A DNA stretch of 64,000 nucleotides, from assembly GCA_964016885.1 (NCBI GenBank), contig OZ024764.1:13516001-13580000 (forward strand). The letters are read 5' to 3'. The stretch's first letter is position 1. Each line of letters opens with the position of its first letter. The notes below the pieces were generated by a model. The model saw nothing but the letters and a program-made list of their open reading frames with translations. It had not been told where the DNA came from and did not search any database. This stretch comes from Eledone cirrhosa. Lineage: Eukaryota. Position numbers and translations under genes: made by a program. Below are positions 1 through 15,593 of the stretch, in pieces.

Positions 1-21
1 GTACATATATATATATATCTG

Positions 22-74
<53 letters not shown>

Positions 75-127
75 ATCTATATATATGTGTGTGTGTGTAT
101 ATATATGTGTGTATATATATGTGTGTG

Positions 128-332
<205 letters not shown>

Positions 333-441
333 GTATATATATATATATATGTATGATAATCAGCCAGATTGCGTATAGGAAATCTGTCCACATTTATTTC
401 GTAACCAATCTTGCTTATTTATGTTTATTATGAAATATATT

Positions 442-498
<57 letters not shown>

Positions 499-608
499 CA
501 TGTATATATATATATATAATATATATATATATATATACATATATATACATATATATATATACACATATATATACATATATATATATATACACATATATAT
601 ACATATAT

Positions 609-746
<138 letters not shown>

Positions 747-764
747 CATATATATATACACATA

Positions 765-802
<38 letters not shown>

Positions 803-803
803 C

Positions 804-834
<31 letters not shown>

Positions 835-836
835 AA

Positions 837-871
<35 letters not shown>

Positions 872-887
872 GTGTATATATAAATAC

Positions 888-922
<35 letters not shown>

Positions 923-923
923 A

Positions 924-1048
<125 letters not shown>

Positions 1049-1049
1049 T

Positions 1050-1113
<64 letters not shown>

Positions 1114-1249
1114 TGTGTCCGTATAAATATTCCTCACTTGACAAAAAAGAAATGACTGCTATTATTCTAAACATGACGCAGAAATCTCCTCACCCACCGT
1201 AATATATATACATATATACACACACATATATACACATATATATATATAT

Positions 1250-1298
<49 letters not shown>

Positions 1299-1415
1299 TA
1301 TATATATACGTAATGTCAACTCTAGCCCTATTCAGAACTGTGTGTGCCCAAGAAGTGCGGGCAGCCTGCCAGCAGGACATTCCAGTAGATTTTCGTTTTG
1401 TATATAACGTATGTC

Positions 1416-1611
<196 letters not shown>

Positions 1612-1651
1612 GTATGTATGTCTAAATATACACACAGACATATGCATATGA

Positions 1652-1682
<31 letters not shown>

Positions 1683-1794
1683 TATATATATATATAAATA
1701 AATATATATATATATATATAAATATATATATTTATATATTTGTGTATATAAATGTATATATATGTATATATATAGATGTGTGTATATATATGTG

Positions 1795-1846
<52 letters not shown>

Positions 1847-1928
1847 ATTGTTCGTTTTCTTGTAATCTTCAATATATATTTTGGATAAAACTATGCTTGG
1901 TTTTGAAATGTCACATACACACAAGCAC

Positions 1929-1970
<42 letters not shown>

Positions 1971-2317
1971 ACACATAGCTGATATAAAAGTGTGTGTATG
2001 TGCTGTTTTGATGTTCGTGTGTCCGGTGAACAGAGAAGTAATGAAGTTGGTGGGGAGTAGAGTTTCAAAGAGAAGAAAATGATGTGTGTATATATATATA
2101 TAGAGGGAGAGAGAGAGAGAGAGAGTGGACGATGGCTCTGGCTGTGTTTCAGACATAGAGAAATAACCAAACACGCAAACATACACCGACACACACACAC
2201 ATACACACACATATATATATATATCGCAATAATAATAAATGTGAAGACTAAAACCCAAAGAGGGCTCGATAAGGATAAATATATATCAAATATATAAGAA
2301 CCGTAGAGCAAATATTT

Positions 2318-2457
2318 ATTAAAATAACAGATTAAAGTTTAAGCAAAGAATCGCTGCTTTCACCCTTAACGGGATCTTCTGAAGATCCCGTTTCAGAAGA
2401 TCCCGTTAAGAGTGAAAGCAGCGATTCTTTGCTTCAACTTTAATCTGTTATTTTAAT
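2318..2457. repeat. Fold-back inverted repeat (about 65-bp arms) carrying a hammerhead-like cagaaga-tccc gttaa (g/a)g-tgaaag motif
   Basis: Arms are reverse complements. A single-arm copy of the family lies at 58993-59058, and the shared end taataataaatttgaagacta is at about 2230, 40548 (reverse) and 58915. Confidence 0.85.
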
Positions 2458-2645
2458 ATATATATATGTGTGTGTGTATATATATTATAATGAAAAGGAC
2501 GATTGATATGTCTTCATTACGTCTATTGAGTAGTGACACGAGTTTCGTTATTGATCAGCTCAATGTTCGATCTGTATCGACAGACTGGAAACTACGCATC
2601 GAGTACTCACTTGGGTGGACCTACAGTAGCTGCACGTTACACACC

Positions 2646-2832
<187 letters not shown>

Positions 2833-2970
2833 TATATACATATATATATATATATATTAAAGAGTTAAACAAGATTCAATGAGTATGAGTATATCAAAGA
2901 ATGAGTTTTACAGTAGATTTGATTAAATCTTAACCATTTAACATCTCAGGGTATGTCATGTATCATTATA

Positions 2971-3021
2971 TTTTGTCTGATGAGGACATACTGTTGTACC
3001 TCCGAAATATGTATAATAAAA
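2971..3021 (+). ncRNA. Type I hammerhead ribozyme motif, family A
   Basis: ttttgt-CTGATGA-ggacatac tgtt gtacctcc-GAAA-tatgtATA-ataaaa. Helix I ttttgt/ataaaa. Homologues at 30980 and 35733. Confidence 0.75.
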
Positions 3022-3040
3022 ATTAATTGACCAAAAGAAC

Positions 3041-3066
<26 letters not shown>

Positions 3067-3072
<6 letters not shown>

Positions 3073-3147
3073 TCTTTTTTCCTCTCTACTATTTGTTTGT
3101 GTGTGTGTATATATATATATATACACTTGTGTATATATATATACACT

Positions 3148-3213
<66 letters not shown>

Positions 3214-3235
3214 AGTGTATATATATATATACACT

Positions 3236-3267
<32 letters not shown>

Positions 3268-3333
3268 CACTTGTGTATATATATATATATATATACACAC
3301 ACAAACAAATAGTAGAGAGGAAAAAGAATTTTT
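3067..3333. repeat. Inverted duplication flanking a TA/TG microsatellite
   Basis: aaaattctttttcctctctactatttgtttgtgtg at the left, reverse complement at the right. Confidence 0.8.
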
Positions 3334-3532
3334 CAGTAGAAAATGTCGATTCTCTTTCAGTATAATTTATTTATTTAAAACATTTATTTATTTATAAAGT
3401 GAATATTTCCGCATTTAATAAATACCGGTTTCAGCCTTATATGCTTTTTCAACTGCGGGTATGCATAATGTAGTTACGTTGCATATTTATACGAATAATA
3501 AAAAGGGGAAGAAACATTATTAGTTTTTACAG

Positions 3533-4063
3533 CGGCGGATTGGCAGTATCGGTAGAGGGTCGGACGCTATGCTTTGACGCATAGAGTTACGGCCCTTGCC
3601 ATTCTGAGTTCAAATCCCGCCGAGGTTAACTTTGCCTTTCATCCTTACGGGGTCGATAAAATAAAGTACCAGTAATGCACTGGGATAATTGCTGGCCTTG
3701 TGCCAAAAGTAGAAACAATTATCGGTAGAGGGTCGGACGCCATGCTTTCACGCATAGAGTTACGGCCCTTTATGGTCTGAGTTCAAATCCCGCCGAGGTT
3801 AACTTTGCCTTTCATCCTTATGGGGTCGATAAAATAAAGTACCAGCAATGCACTGGGATAATTGCTGGCCTTGTGCCAAAAGTAGAAACAATTACCGGTA
3901 GAGGGTCGGACGCCATGCTTTGACGCATAGAGTTACGGCCCTTTATGGTCTGAGTTCAAATCCCGCCGAGGTTAACTTTGCCTTTCATCCTTACGGGGGT
4001 CGATAAAATAAAGTACCAGTAATGCACTGGATAATTGCTGGCCTTGTGCCAAAAGTAGAAACA
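3533..4063 (+). mobile_element. Head-to-tail trimer of tRNA-derived SINE (family S1) with 17-bp target-site duplication
   Basis: Box A tggcagtatcgg, box B gagttcaaatcc, body ctttgcctttcatccttacggggtcgataaaataaagtaccag. TSD attattagtttttacag at 3516-3532 and 4064-4080. Confidence 0.9.
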
Positions 4064-4334
4064 ATTATTAGTTTTTACAGACATATTTAGAGAGGAGAGT
4101 TCATATCTCCGTTGATGTTTGATCTTCCTTCTCTGTTAGTTGGAACATAGTATACACAACGATTAATCCTGTTCAAAAGCGGTATACTGTTCCCTATCTC
4201 AACCATTTTCAAACGCGGACAACTCATGTTAGTTCACTGTTTATCGCTCACGTATGTTTCTTAATATTTTACTTCTCCACACTACCATTAAGTGCAGTAC
4301 AATTCTTTCAACTGACGAACGCAGCTCACAACCT

Positions 4335-4986
4335 CACGGCTGGTCTTCCTCTCCTTGCTCTCCTTTTCTCATTGCTCTCATTGCTCTCCTTTTTTCATTG
4401 CTCTCCTTGTTCTCCTTTCCTCATTGCTCTCCTTGTTCTCCTTTCCTCATTGCTCTCCTTGTTCTCCTTTCCTCATTGCTCTTCTTGTTCTCCTTTTCTC
4501 ATTGCTCTCCTTGCCTCATTGCTCTTCTTGTTCTCCTTTCCTCATTGCTCTTCTTGTTCTCCTTTTCTCATTGCTCTCCTTGCCTCATTGCTATCCTTGT
4601 TCTCCTTTTCCCATTGCTCTCCTTGCCTCATTGCTCTTCTTGTTCTCCTTTTCTCATTGCTCTCCTTGCTCTCCTTTTGTCCTTGCTCTCCTTGCTCTCC
4701 CTTTGTCCTTGCACTCCTTGCTCTCCTTTTGTCCTTGCTCTCCTTTTGTCCTTGCCCTCCTTGCTCCGCTTTTCTCATTGATCTCCTTGCCCTCCTTGCT
4801 CTCATTTTCTCATTGATCTCCGTTTCTCATTGATCTCCTTGCTCTCCTTTTCTCATTGCTCTCCTTGCCACATTGCTCTCATTGTTCTCCTTGCTCTCCT
4901 TGCCTCATTGATCTTCTTGTTCTCCCTTTCTCATTGCTCTCCTTGCTCTCCTTTTGTCCTTGCTCAAAAGGGGGATCAGTGTGCTA

Positions 4987-5027
<41 letters not shown>

Positions 5028-5390
5028 ATCAGTGTGCTAGAGAGAGAGAAATAGAGAGAGAGAGAGAAAGAGGGGGGGATCACTGTGCTAGTGAGAGAGA
5101 GAGAGAGAAAGAGGGGGGGGGTCAGTGTGCTTGTGTGTGAGAGAGAGAGAGGGGGGATCAGTGTGCTAGTGAGAGAGAGAGAGAGAGAGAGGGGGATCAG
5201 TGTGCTAGAGAGAGAGAGAGGGGGATCAGTGTGCTAGTGAGAGAGAGAGAGAGAGAGAGGGAGAGAGGGGGGATCAGTGTGCTAGAGAGAGAGAGAGAGA
5301 GAGAGAGGGGGGATCAGTGTGCTAGAGAGAGAGAGAGAGAGAGAGAGGGGGATCAGTGTGCTAGAGAGAGAGAGGGGGGGGGAGTGTGCT
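4335..5390. repeat. Pyrimidine-rich ctcattgctctccttg minisatellite (4335-4965) abutting a purine-rich ggggatcagtgtgcta(GA)n array (4968-5390)
   Basis: Visible tandem units. Confidence 0.9.
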
Positions 5391-5482
5391 ATTTCAGGTG
5401 GTTTCACCTTACAGCCACTAAGACTGACCTCACCTTCTCCAGTCCCAGTTCTTGAACCTTTGGTACTTTTCTTGTGGATAAT

Positions 5483-5509
5483 GTACACACACACACAGAC
5501 ACACACACA

Positions 5510-5547
<38 letters not shown>

Positions 5548-6167
5548 GACACACACACACAGACACACAGACACACACACACAGACACACAGACACACAG
5601 ACACACAGTGACACGCACACACACATGCAGTGACACACAGACACAGACACACACACAGTGGCACACACACACACACGCACACACAGTGACACACACACAC
5701 ACATACACAGTGACACACACACACACACGCACACACAGTGACACACACACACACATACACAGTGACACACACACACACACACACACACAGACATACACAG
5801 AGTGGCACACACACACACATACACAGTGACACACATACACAGACAGACAGACACACACAGTGACACACACACACACACACATACAGTGACATACAGACAC
5901 AGACACACACACACATACACATACAGTGACACACAGACACAGACACACACACACACACACAGAGTGGCACACAGACACACACACACAGACACATACAGTG
6001 ACACACAGACACAGACACACACACACATACAGTGACACACAGACACACAGACACACACACACATGCAGTGACACACAGACACAGACACAGACACACACAC
6101 ACACACACACAGTGACACACAGACACAGACACACACACACAGAGTGGCACACATACACACACACACA

Positions 6168-6213
<46 letters not shown>

Positions 6214-6299
6214 GACACACAGACACACACACAGTGACACACAGACACACACACACACACGCACAGTGACACACAGACACACACACAGTGACATACAGA

Positions 6300-6340
<41 letters not shown>

Positions 6341-6385
6341 TTATACACACACACACACACTCAGACACACACAGTGACACTCAGA
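5483..6385. repeat. Cryptic (CA)n repeat punctuated by cagtgaca
   Basis: Visible in sequence. Confidence 0.9.
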
Positions 6386-6424
6386 CAAATATATATATAT
6401 ATATATATACAAATACACACACAC

Positions 6425-6490
<66 letters not shown>

Positions 6491-6759
6491 CTATATATAT
6501 GTATGTGTCTATATATATGTATATATGTATATATAACTCCTTCGTAAAAAGGATTATATGTATATATATATATACATATATATAGACACATATATATATG
6601 TCCAAATACACATACACACTTAGATATGAATATATATATAGCGACATATATATCCATTAGTGTATACACATAAATACATATATTTATACATACATATAAA
6701 AACATACAGGCATGGTCACTCATAATATAGTGTACAAACACAGATATATAAACATATAT

Positions 6760-6804
<45 letters not shown>

Positions 6805-7011
6805 CGTATATGTATACACACACAACACACAAACACACACACACATATATATATGTATGTATGTATATATTTGTACACACGCATACACAAATACTCACAC
6901 CAACATACATAGACAGGCATATATACATATAAACGCACATAAACTTGGTCACTCATAAATTTGTGCACAAACACATATATACACATATTTACAAACACAT
7001 ATATATATATA

Positions 7012-7060
<49 letters not shown>

Positions 7061-7141
7061 AAAGTTTTATTTAAAATTGTTGGGTTACAACGAGTAAATA
7101 TTTTATAACTGATATAAAGCACTCAAGAAGTTTTGGAGTAG

Positions 7142-7307
7142 ATATACGATATTAAACAAATGGAAACTATATTTATAAAACCATATTTATTTCATTATAC
7201 ATATTTCAGGGATACCATATTAAAAATATTTTTAATATGGTATCCCTGAAATATGTATAATGAAATAAATATGGTTTTATAAATATAGTTTCCATTTGTT
7301 TAATATC

Positions 7308-7313
<6 letters not shown>
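7142..7313. repeat. Perfect 172-bp palindrome of the family C 3' half
   Basis: Loopless palindrome centred at 7227/7228. The arm matches about 59966-60042. Confidence 0.9.
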
Positions 7314-7343
<30 letters not shown>

Positions 7344-7684
7344 GCCATGAAATGAAAATCAAAGAAGGTTTAAACTTTCAAACATTTAATCCCTGACGAT
7401 CGTTTCATCCTAGCAAAAGGAACACAGTTGAAACATGTACAGAGGTGATAGTCAACCGCCTTAATGTTTTAACAACTTTCCCCTTTTCTTTTACTCTTTT
7501 CGATGAAAGACTTACGTTAGAAACTTTGAGGATATTTCCATTTCTGAGATCGTGAAATCAAAGAAAATAACTTTTATCTCATCTCGTCTATTGTATATAT
7601 ATATATTTATATGTACACATGAATATATATTCGTGTGTATGTGTATAGATATGTTTATTTGCACATGTACATGTAAAAATATGA

Positions 7685-7768
<84 letters not shown>

Positions 7769-7838
7769 ATATATACGTTGGTAAAAACCCTTAGATGAAA
7801 GATCAAGAAAAACAATGCTCTATCTACTGGAAGAGAGC

Positions 7839-7912
<74 letters not shown>

Positions 7913-7916
7913 ATTA

Positions 7917-7972
<56 letters not shown>

Positions 7973-8496
7973 TATATATATATATAATTAAAATATATAT
8001 ATATATAATTAATATCTATATATAATATATATAATCCATATATATATATAATATATATAATTAATATGTATATATATATATAATATATAATTAATATATA
8101 TATATAATATAAATTATATATATATATTATATATAATTGATAAATATATATTATATATAATTGATATATATATATATTATATAAAATTGATATATATATA
8201 TATTATATATAGTTAATATATATATTATATATAGTTAATATATATAGTTAATATATATAGTTAATATATAAATATAATATAATATAATATATATATATAT
8301 GTATATATTAATATATATGATATAGATATAATATATATATATATATTTATATATATAATATATAATATATATATAGAGAGATATACATATATACACATAA
8401 TCAATATATATATAATTAATATATATATATATATATATATAATATATAATATATATATAGAAAGATATACATATATACATATAATCAATATATATA

Positions 8497-8547
<51 letters not shown>

Positions 8548-8598
8548 ATATATATATAGAGAGATATACATATATACATATAATCAATATATATATAA

Positions 8599-8666
<68 letters not shown>

Positions 8667-8810
8667 CGTGTATATTTATCCATTTGTCATAATCATCCAC
8701 TGACATTATCTATTTAAATAGTTTTTTCACTTTCAAATAACAGAGTGAAAAAAACCAGTAAGTTTTACAAAAAGATTTAATACTTACATTCATGTAATTA
8801 CGTATGTATG

Positions 8811-8842
<32 letters not shown>

Positions 8843-8861
8843 TGATAAATATATGCATGTT

Positions 8862-8920
<59 letters not shown>

Positions 8921-9009
8921 GTATAGATCTGTATGTATATATATATATAAAGTTAAATCTATATATATATATATATATGCAAGTATATATGTATATATAC
9001 TTCTCTTTC

Positions 9010-9091
<82 letters not shown>

Positions 9092-9109
9092 TGTATATGT
9101 ATATAATGT

Positions 9110-9165
<56 letters not shown>

Positions 9166-9202
9166 TATTATCTAACATATATAATGTTATATATATATAT
9201 GT

Positions 9203-9233
<31 letters not shown>

Positions 9234-9499
9234 GTAATGTAATATATGTATATAATATATATATATATGTAATGTAATATATGTATATAATATATATATA
9301 TGTAATGTAATATATATATATATAATATATATATGTTATGTAATATATATAATGTAATATATATATGTAATATATATACATATAACATAATCTATATAGC
9401 AATGTAATATATATATATATATATATATAAAAATATATATATATATATATAGTCATTTTTTTTTCAGTCACTTTTTTTTCAAATATATATAAATGTATG

Positions 9500-9569
<70 letters not shown>

Positions 9570-10178
9570 CACATATATATATATTTAAAAAAAAAATGAC
9601 TGCTCAAAAAATGGAAAAGAAAATATGAAATTTCTCGTCAGGAAAAAAGGAAATTTCATGTAAAATAATGATAGAAATGGCAACAAAAAATGGAAGGAAT
9701 TTATTTAAAGAACTTTTTTGAAGACGATTCCTCGAAAAATATCGCCGATATAATATCCTGAACAGGCGATATTAATTTCCTTACGAGATCGATAGATCGA
9801 AACAAACGATAATGTATAGGAGAAGCGAGAAAGACAAGCGGAATTTTCGTGTCGTCTGCCATGTCTTTCGTTTGGTTTTCGTTAAAAGCTGTTGCGAGAT
9901 GTATTGTATGAGACATAACTAAAGCATATTGTTGAGTACGCGTGCGTGAATGCCTGTGTGTGAAGCAGTGCGTATATATGTGTATATATACATTTGTGCG
10001 CGTGTATGTGTGTGTATATATATATATATTTTGGTATGTATATATGTTAATTCTGGAAAAGTTTTGAGGAAGTAATTGTAATTCTATTTGTAATATATAT
10101 ATAATATATATATATTTCTCTCTCTCACAACTCCCCCCTCTCTCTGTATATATAATATATATATATATATCATATATA

Positions 10179-10250
<72 letters not shown>

Positions 10251-10823
10251 AATATATATATATATTATATATATAATATATGTATATATAATATATATAT
10301 ATATATTACATTATATATATGTAATGTAATATATATATATATAATATATATATATATTATATATATGATATACATATATATATAATATATATATATATTA
10401 TATATATTATATATATTATATATGTATATATAATATATATATATATTACATTATATATATGTAATGTGATATATATATTATATATATGATATATATATAT
10501 AATATATATATATATTATATATATGATATATATATAATATATATATTATATATATAATATATGTATATATAATATATATATTACATTATATATATGTAAT
10601 GTGATATATATATAGATATAATATATATATATATTATATATATGATATATATATATATAATATATATATAATATACATATATAATATATATAATACATAT
10701 ATATAATATATATATATATATTACATTATATATAAGTAATGTGAAATATATATATATATATATTGTGATATATATATATGTATATAATGTGATATATATA
10801 TGTATATATATGTATATAATGTG

Positions 10824-10871
<48 letters not shown>

Positions 10872-10961
10872 GTATATATATATATAATGTAATATATAAA
10901 TATATTACATTATATATGAATATAATGTGATATATATATATATATATGTATATATAATGTG

Positions 10962-10994
<33 letters not shown>

Positions 10995-11089
10995 TATACC
11001 ACATTATATACACACACAGGGCCATCCAAAAACGTATAAATATGTATATACACATGTATATATACATGTATACATATGTATATATGTGC

Positions 11090-12245
11090 GATGGACATCC
11101 GATCGCGCGGTTAAACCACTGGGATTGAAAGACCCCTAGCCTTTGTCAGGGTCTTCTTCTAAGAGAAGACAACTCAGGAAACTGGGATAACTCCGAGCAA
11201 GAACCTGCGGCTCAGTAGTTATCGATGATGTTGACCTTTTCTACTTTTCAGGTTATAGCTACTGTCTCTCAGAGAGTGGGATTGGCTCAGTGCACAGTCT
11301 TTCCTCACTTTAAAATCTTCATGCACAGGCATTGCACGATAGCATTAATTAATTGTTTCTACTTTTGGCACAAGGCCAGCAATTACCCAGTACATTACTG
11401 GTACTTTATTTTATCGACCCCGTAAGGATAAAAGGCAAAGTTATCCTCGACGGGATTTGAAATCAGATTGGAAAGAGCTGTAACTCTATGCATCAAAGCA
11501 TGGCGTCCGACGCTCTACCAATACTGCCAATATCGTGCAACGGCCATACTCGATAACGAGGGGGCAGCCATCATGTGTGTATGTATGTATGTATGTATGT
11601 ATGTATGTATGTATGTATACAAGTGTGTATGTATGTATACATGTGTGTATGTGTGTACAACTTGTTCCATGGTCGGGTCGTTGGCGACTAAACTGGCAAG
11701 CCCACCAAGGTTTCTTGGTGAGGAGGGTGACTTTGGACATCCTGCAGAACTAAAAACAAAACCTGTCAAAGGGCAAAGGAGCTCTTAAGAGTCAATAGCC
11801 ATCCAAAATCACTGGGAGAGATGACCACTTAGCCTGTGTCAAGGCAGAATTCTAGGAGAAGGAAAACTCTGATATAACACCTGCAACCCTGATGGTATCC
11901 AATGATGTTGACTTGTTCTTCTTTTTGGTAAATATCATCTTGGTTAAGAGAGTGGGACTGGCTTTGTGCAGTGCCTTTGCTCACTATAAAAGCTTCACGG
12001 ATCAGGCATTGCTTTATATCTGGAGATCTCTCTGCACTTATCGTCACATGGTACCATGGGCCCAGCACTATGTGTCAATAATTGTCACAAGTGTAGTGTT
12101 TGTACCAGAGTTTTTAAGTCGCTGGCTGGACTAAAATGTCACACTCGTTCAGCACATCGGTAGGGGTTCTCCTACATGGATATAAAGTAGTGGTCGTACT
12201 CGAAAACGAGTTGGCAGCCACCATGTATGTATGTATGTATGTATG
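11090..12245 (+). mobile_element. Two diverged tandem copies (11090-11620 and 11660-12245) of a non-coding retroposon ending gcagcca(t/c)cat(GTAT)n
   Basis: Shared blocks ctaggagaaggaaaactc, gatgatgttgac and agagagtggga(c/t)tggct...ggcattgc. An internally deleted third copy lies at 60293-60414. RTE affinity is inference. Confidence 0.65.
11351..11531 (-). mobile_element. SINE S1 inserted into a GTAT-tailed retroposon
   Basis: Reverse complement of the 3533-3720 unit. Confidence 0.85.
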
Positions 12246-12586
12246 TTCTTCTGGTTTTATAATTTCACAAATTTTTACCAATAGAGAGAGAGAGTCGGTT
12301 TCTAACATAGTTACAAGACTCTCTCATTGGAATTTACACAACATCAACTAGGTAGATATGTCTGTATGTCTGCATGCATGTGTAGGTATGAATGTTATTG
12401 TATGTGTGGATGTGTATGTTTTGAGTTGTATATGTGCATGTGTATATGCTTTCTATGTATATATCGGTATATAAAGAATTTTCTACACCAATAAGATAGT
12501 ATATATAAAAAATATCCCACATGAAAATATATTAAAGACAAATTCACACGATTTCATCATAATTTACATGTATACACGTGTGTATA

Positions 12587-12638
<52 letters not shown>

Positions 12639-12649
12639 CACACACACAT

Positions 12650-12713
<64 letters not shown>

Positions 12714-12986
12714 GTGTGTGTTCCATTTAACCAGCTAATTATCCATTTATATACATATATATATGTATATATATACGTATATATATATGTATGTATATAT
12801 ATGTATATATATGTATATATATGTATATGTATATATACTTATATATGTATATATATATCTATGCATATATATATATATATACTTATATATGTATATATAT
12901 ATATGCATATATATATACTTATATGTGTATTATATATATGTATATATATAATATATATAATATACATATATGTGTATATATATATG

Positions 12987-13031
<45 letters not shown>

Positions 13032-13056
13032 TTATATGTGTATATATATATATATG

Positions 13057-13163
<107 letters not shown>

Positions 13164-13438
13164 ATATATATGTGTATCTATATATATGTATGAATATGTA
13201 TACGTATAAAGTACACGTACGCACAAAAACACACATATATATATATATATATAGACGCCTCTATATACAAATATTATATATAAGCTATAATTACAATTTT
13301 CACTAGAATCTCTATATAAGAAATGAAATTTAGATATTGTGTATTTTTTCCAGTAACGTATATATATATACTTTTTATAGGCATTGATACTTCTACACCA
13401 TATAAAGAAATCTTATATATATATATATATATTTCATG

Positions 13439-13473
<35 letters not shown>

Positions 13474-13572
13474 TATATATATATATTATATATTATACAC
13501 ACACTGATATAGATACATATATATATATATTATGCACACACTGGTATAGATACATATATATATATATATTAT

Positions 13573-13649
<77 letters not shown>

Positions 13650-13854
13650 TACATACATATATATATATATATTCTACAATATCTTTACACTCCCCTTCTC
13701 TCATCATCCTTTTTAATCTTTAGTTATCTATTCTGCTGGAATCTCTGGTACCCAAGTTCTAAAATGGCGGATAAGAATTAAATTGTTTTTCTCATCTTCA
13801 GCGTTGTGTTCGTGTTGAATAAACACACGTTTATAAACACACACACACACACAT

Positions 13855-13896
<42 letters not shown>

Positions 13897-13921
13897 TTAT
13901 ATACTTATACATACATATGTG

Positions 13922-14009
<88 letters not shown>

Positions 14010-14016
<7 letters not shown>

Positions 14017-14150
14017 AGATCAAAAGATGGTTAAAGGAGTTCCATATCTTTTGATCTTATATATTATGTATACTCCAGTCCTACAAATTGTAGAGTGCTT
14101 CTTATCCGATATCTGCATTGCTTTATTGTACTACAATAAAACTCACCTCC

Positions 14151-14154
<4 letters not shown>
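14010..14154 (+). mobile_element. 3' fragment of family B island with short fold-back
   Basis: Reverse complement of about 35224-35330 and 25954-26060. Short inverted copy tataagatcaaaagat/atcttttgatcttata. Confidence 0.75.
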
Positions 14155-14223
<69 letters not shown>

Positions 14224-15130
14224 GAATAATCGAAAATCGGAATATCAGCCCACGAAATCACGATAAACAACATCCGATATATGTGGCAGAGGGCTCAATA
14301 ATTTGGAAAAATCAGAGCTATAACTATCGTTAAAATACCAACACATAGAGATCATGCCTAAAATCACCCGTGCAGCCGAAAAAGAACGACCAGGAAGATT
14401 CGGGTCACTCAAATAAAATATCAATAAATTAATAGATTAAATGAATGTAAAAAACTCACCCGGACCCGCTAGAAAGATGTTAAATCTAGCTTCTTGGGTT
14501 TCTGCAATTCCTTAATCCAATCACTATCAGCCCACATAAAAAATATATAAGACTTCTAGAGAAGGGATGAACGCGGAAAGGCTTCTTCAACGAGTATGTC
14601 GTTCCATAATTCAGAGAGGACCCAAAGCCAAAAACGCACATGGTATTCAGCAAGGGAGGGAACCCCTATATTAGCGAAAGAATTCGGTGATGTGTAAATT
14701 ATGTAAGAATACAAATTATCACATATCGAATCAGAGTGCTCAACAGACATGTTAAAATAAACAAGAGCTATTCATCAGTCAATAAGATCAACAAAAAAAT
14801 CATCAATAAAATAAAGCTTAAATACTCATCCTTCAATTTGGAAAAACTACAAATGCTCTATATAGTCTTAAAAAGACTATTTCACGAAACTTTTCAGTGG
14901 GATTAGTCACGGTTGGAATCGTTCCTCATCAATCTCATATATCTTTATTTGTTTGACCCGAATTACTTGGTCGTTTCTTTGGCTGTGCGGATGTTTGTTT
15001 AACCATCGTCTCAGTGTGTTTGGCCTTTAACGTATGTTGTAGCTCTGGTTCATCTGAATCATCGAGCGCTTGCCACACATTTTGGAAGTTGTTTTTCGTT
15101 AATTCCTAAGCCGAAATACGATTCTTGCTA

Positions 15131-15219
<89 letters not shown>

Positions 15220-15250
15220 AAAGAATAGCGGTGTAACACACGAGTTATGA

Positions 15251-15593
15251 TATATTGGTAAACGGAAAAGAAAATGCTGACAAATTGTTCACAGTGAAAA
15301 ATAGTTTAATTAGGAATAAGTGAAAATTAGTAATAGTATTGGTTAGTATTCAGTTTTAGTTTTAAGTTTTACCGGTTGCGCATTTCTAATGCTTTTCAAA
15401 AATATTAGAGCAAACATCACGGACGCTCTATCTCAAAATTATTTTTGAAAAGCATTAGAAATGCGCAACCGGTAAAACTTAAAACCAAAACTGAATACTA
15501 ACCAATACTATTACTAATTTTCACTTATTCCTAATTAAACTATTTTTCACTGTGAACAATTTGTCAGCATTTTCTTTTCCGTTTACCAATATA
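15251..15593. repeat. Inverted repeat (about 150-bp arms, about 37-bp spacer) with variant hammerhead-like motif ttgaaaa-gcat tagaa atgc-gcaac-cggta
   Basis: Arms are near-perfect reverse complements. The island lies between (TA)n tracts. Confidence 0.85.

Noticed and set aside
3533-3625. tRNA gene suggested by box A/B
   Set aside because: No cloverleaf; it is the head of a multi-copy SINE. The same applies to 31132, 36635 and 44965.
7388-7535. Possible hammerheads CTGACGA...GAAACATGTA (7393-7439) and CGATGA...GAAAC (7501-7525)
   Set aside because: Helix I and II pairing is unconvincing by eye; possibly decayed copies, but not called.
13760-13772. YY1-like motif aaaatggcgg
   Set aside because: Single short motif with no supporting promoter context.
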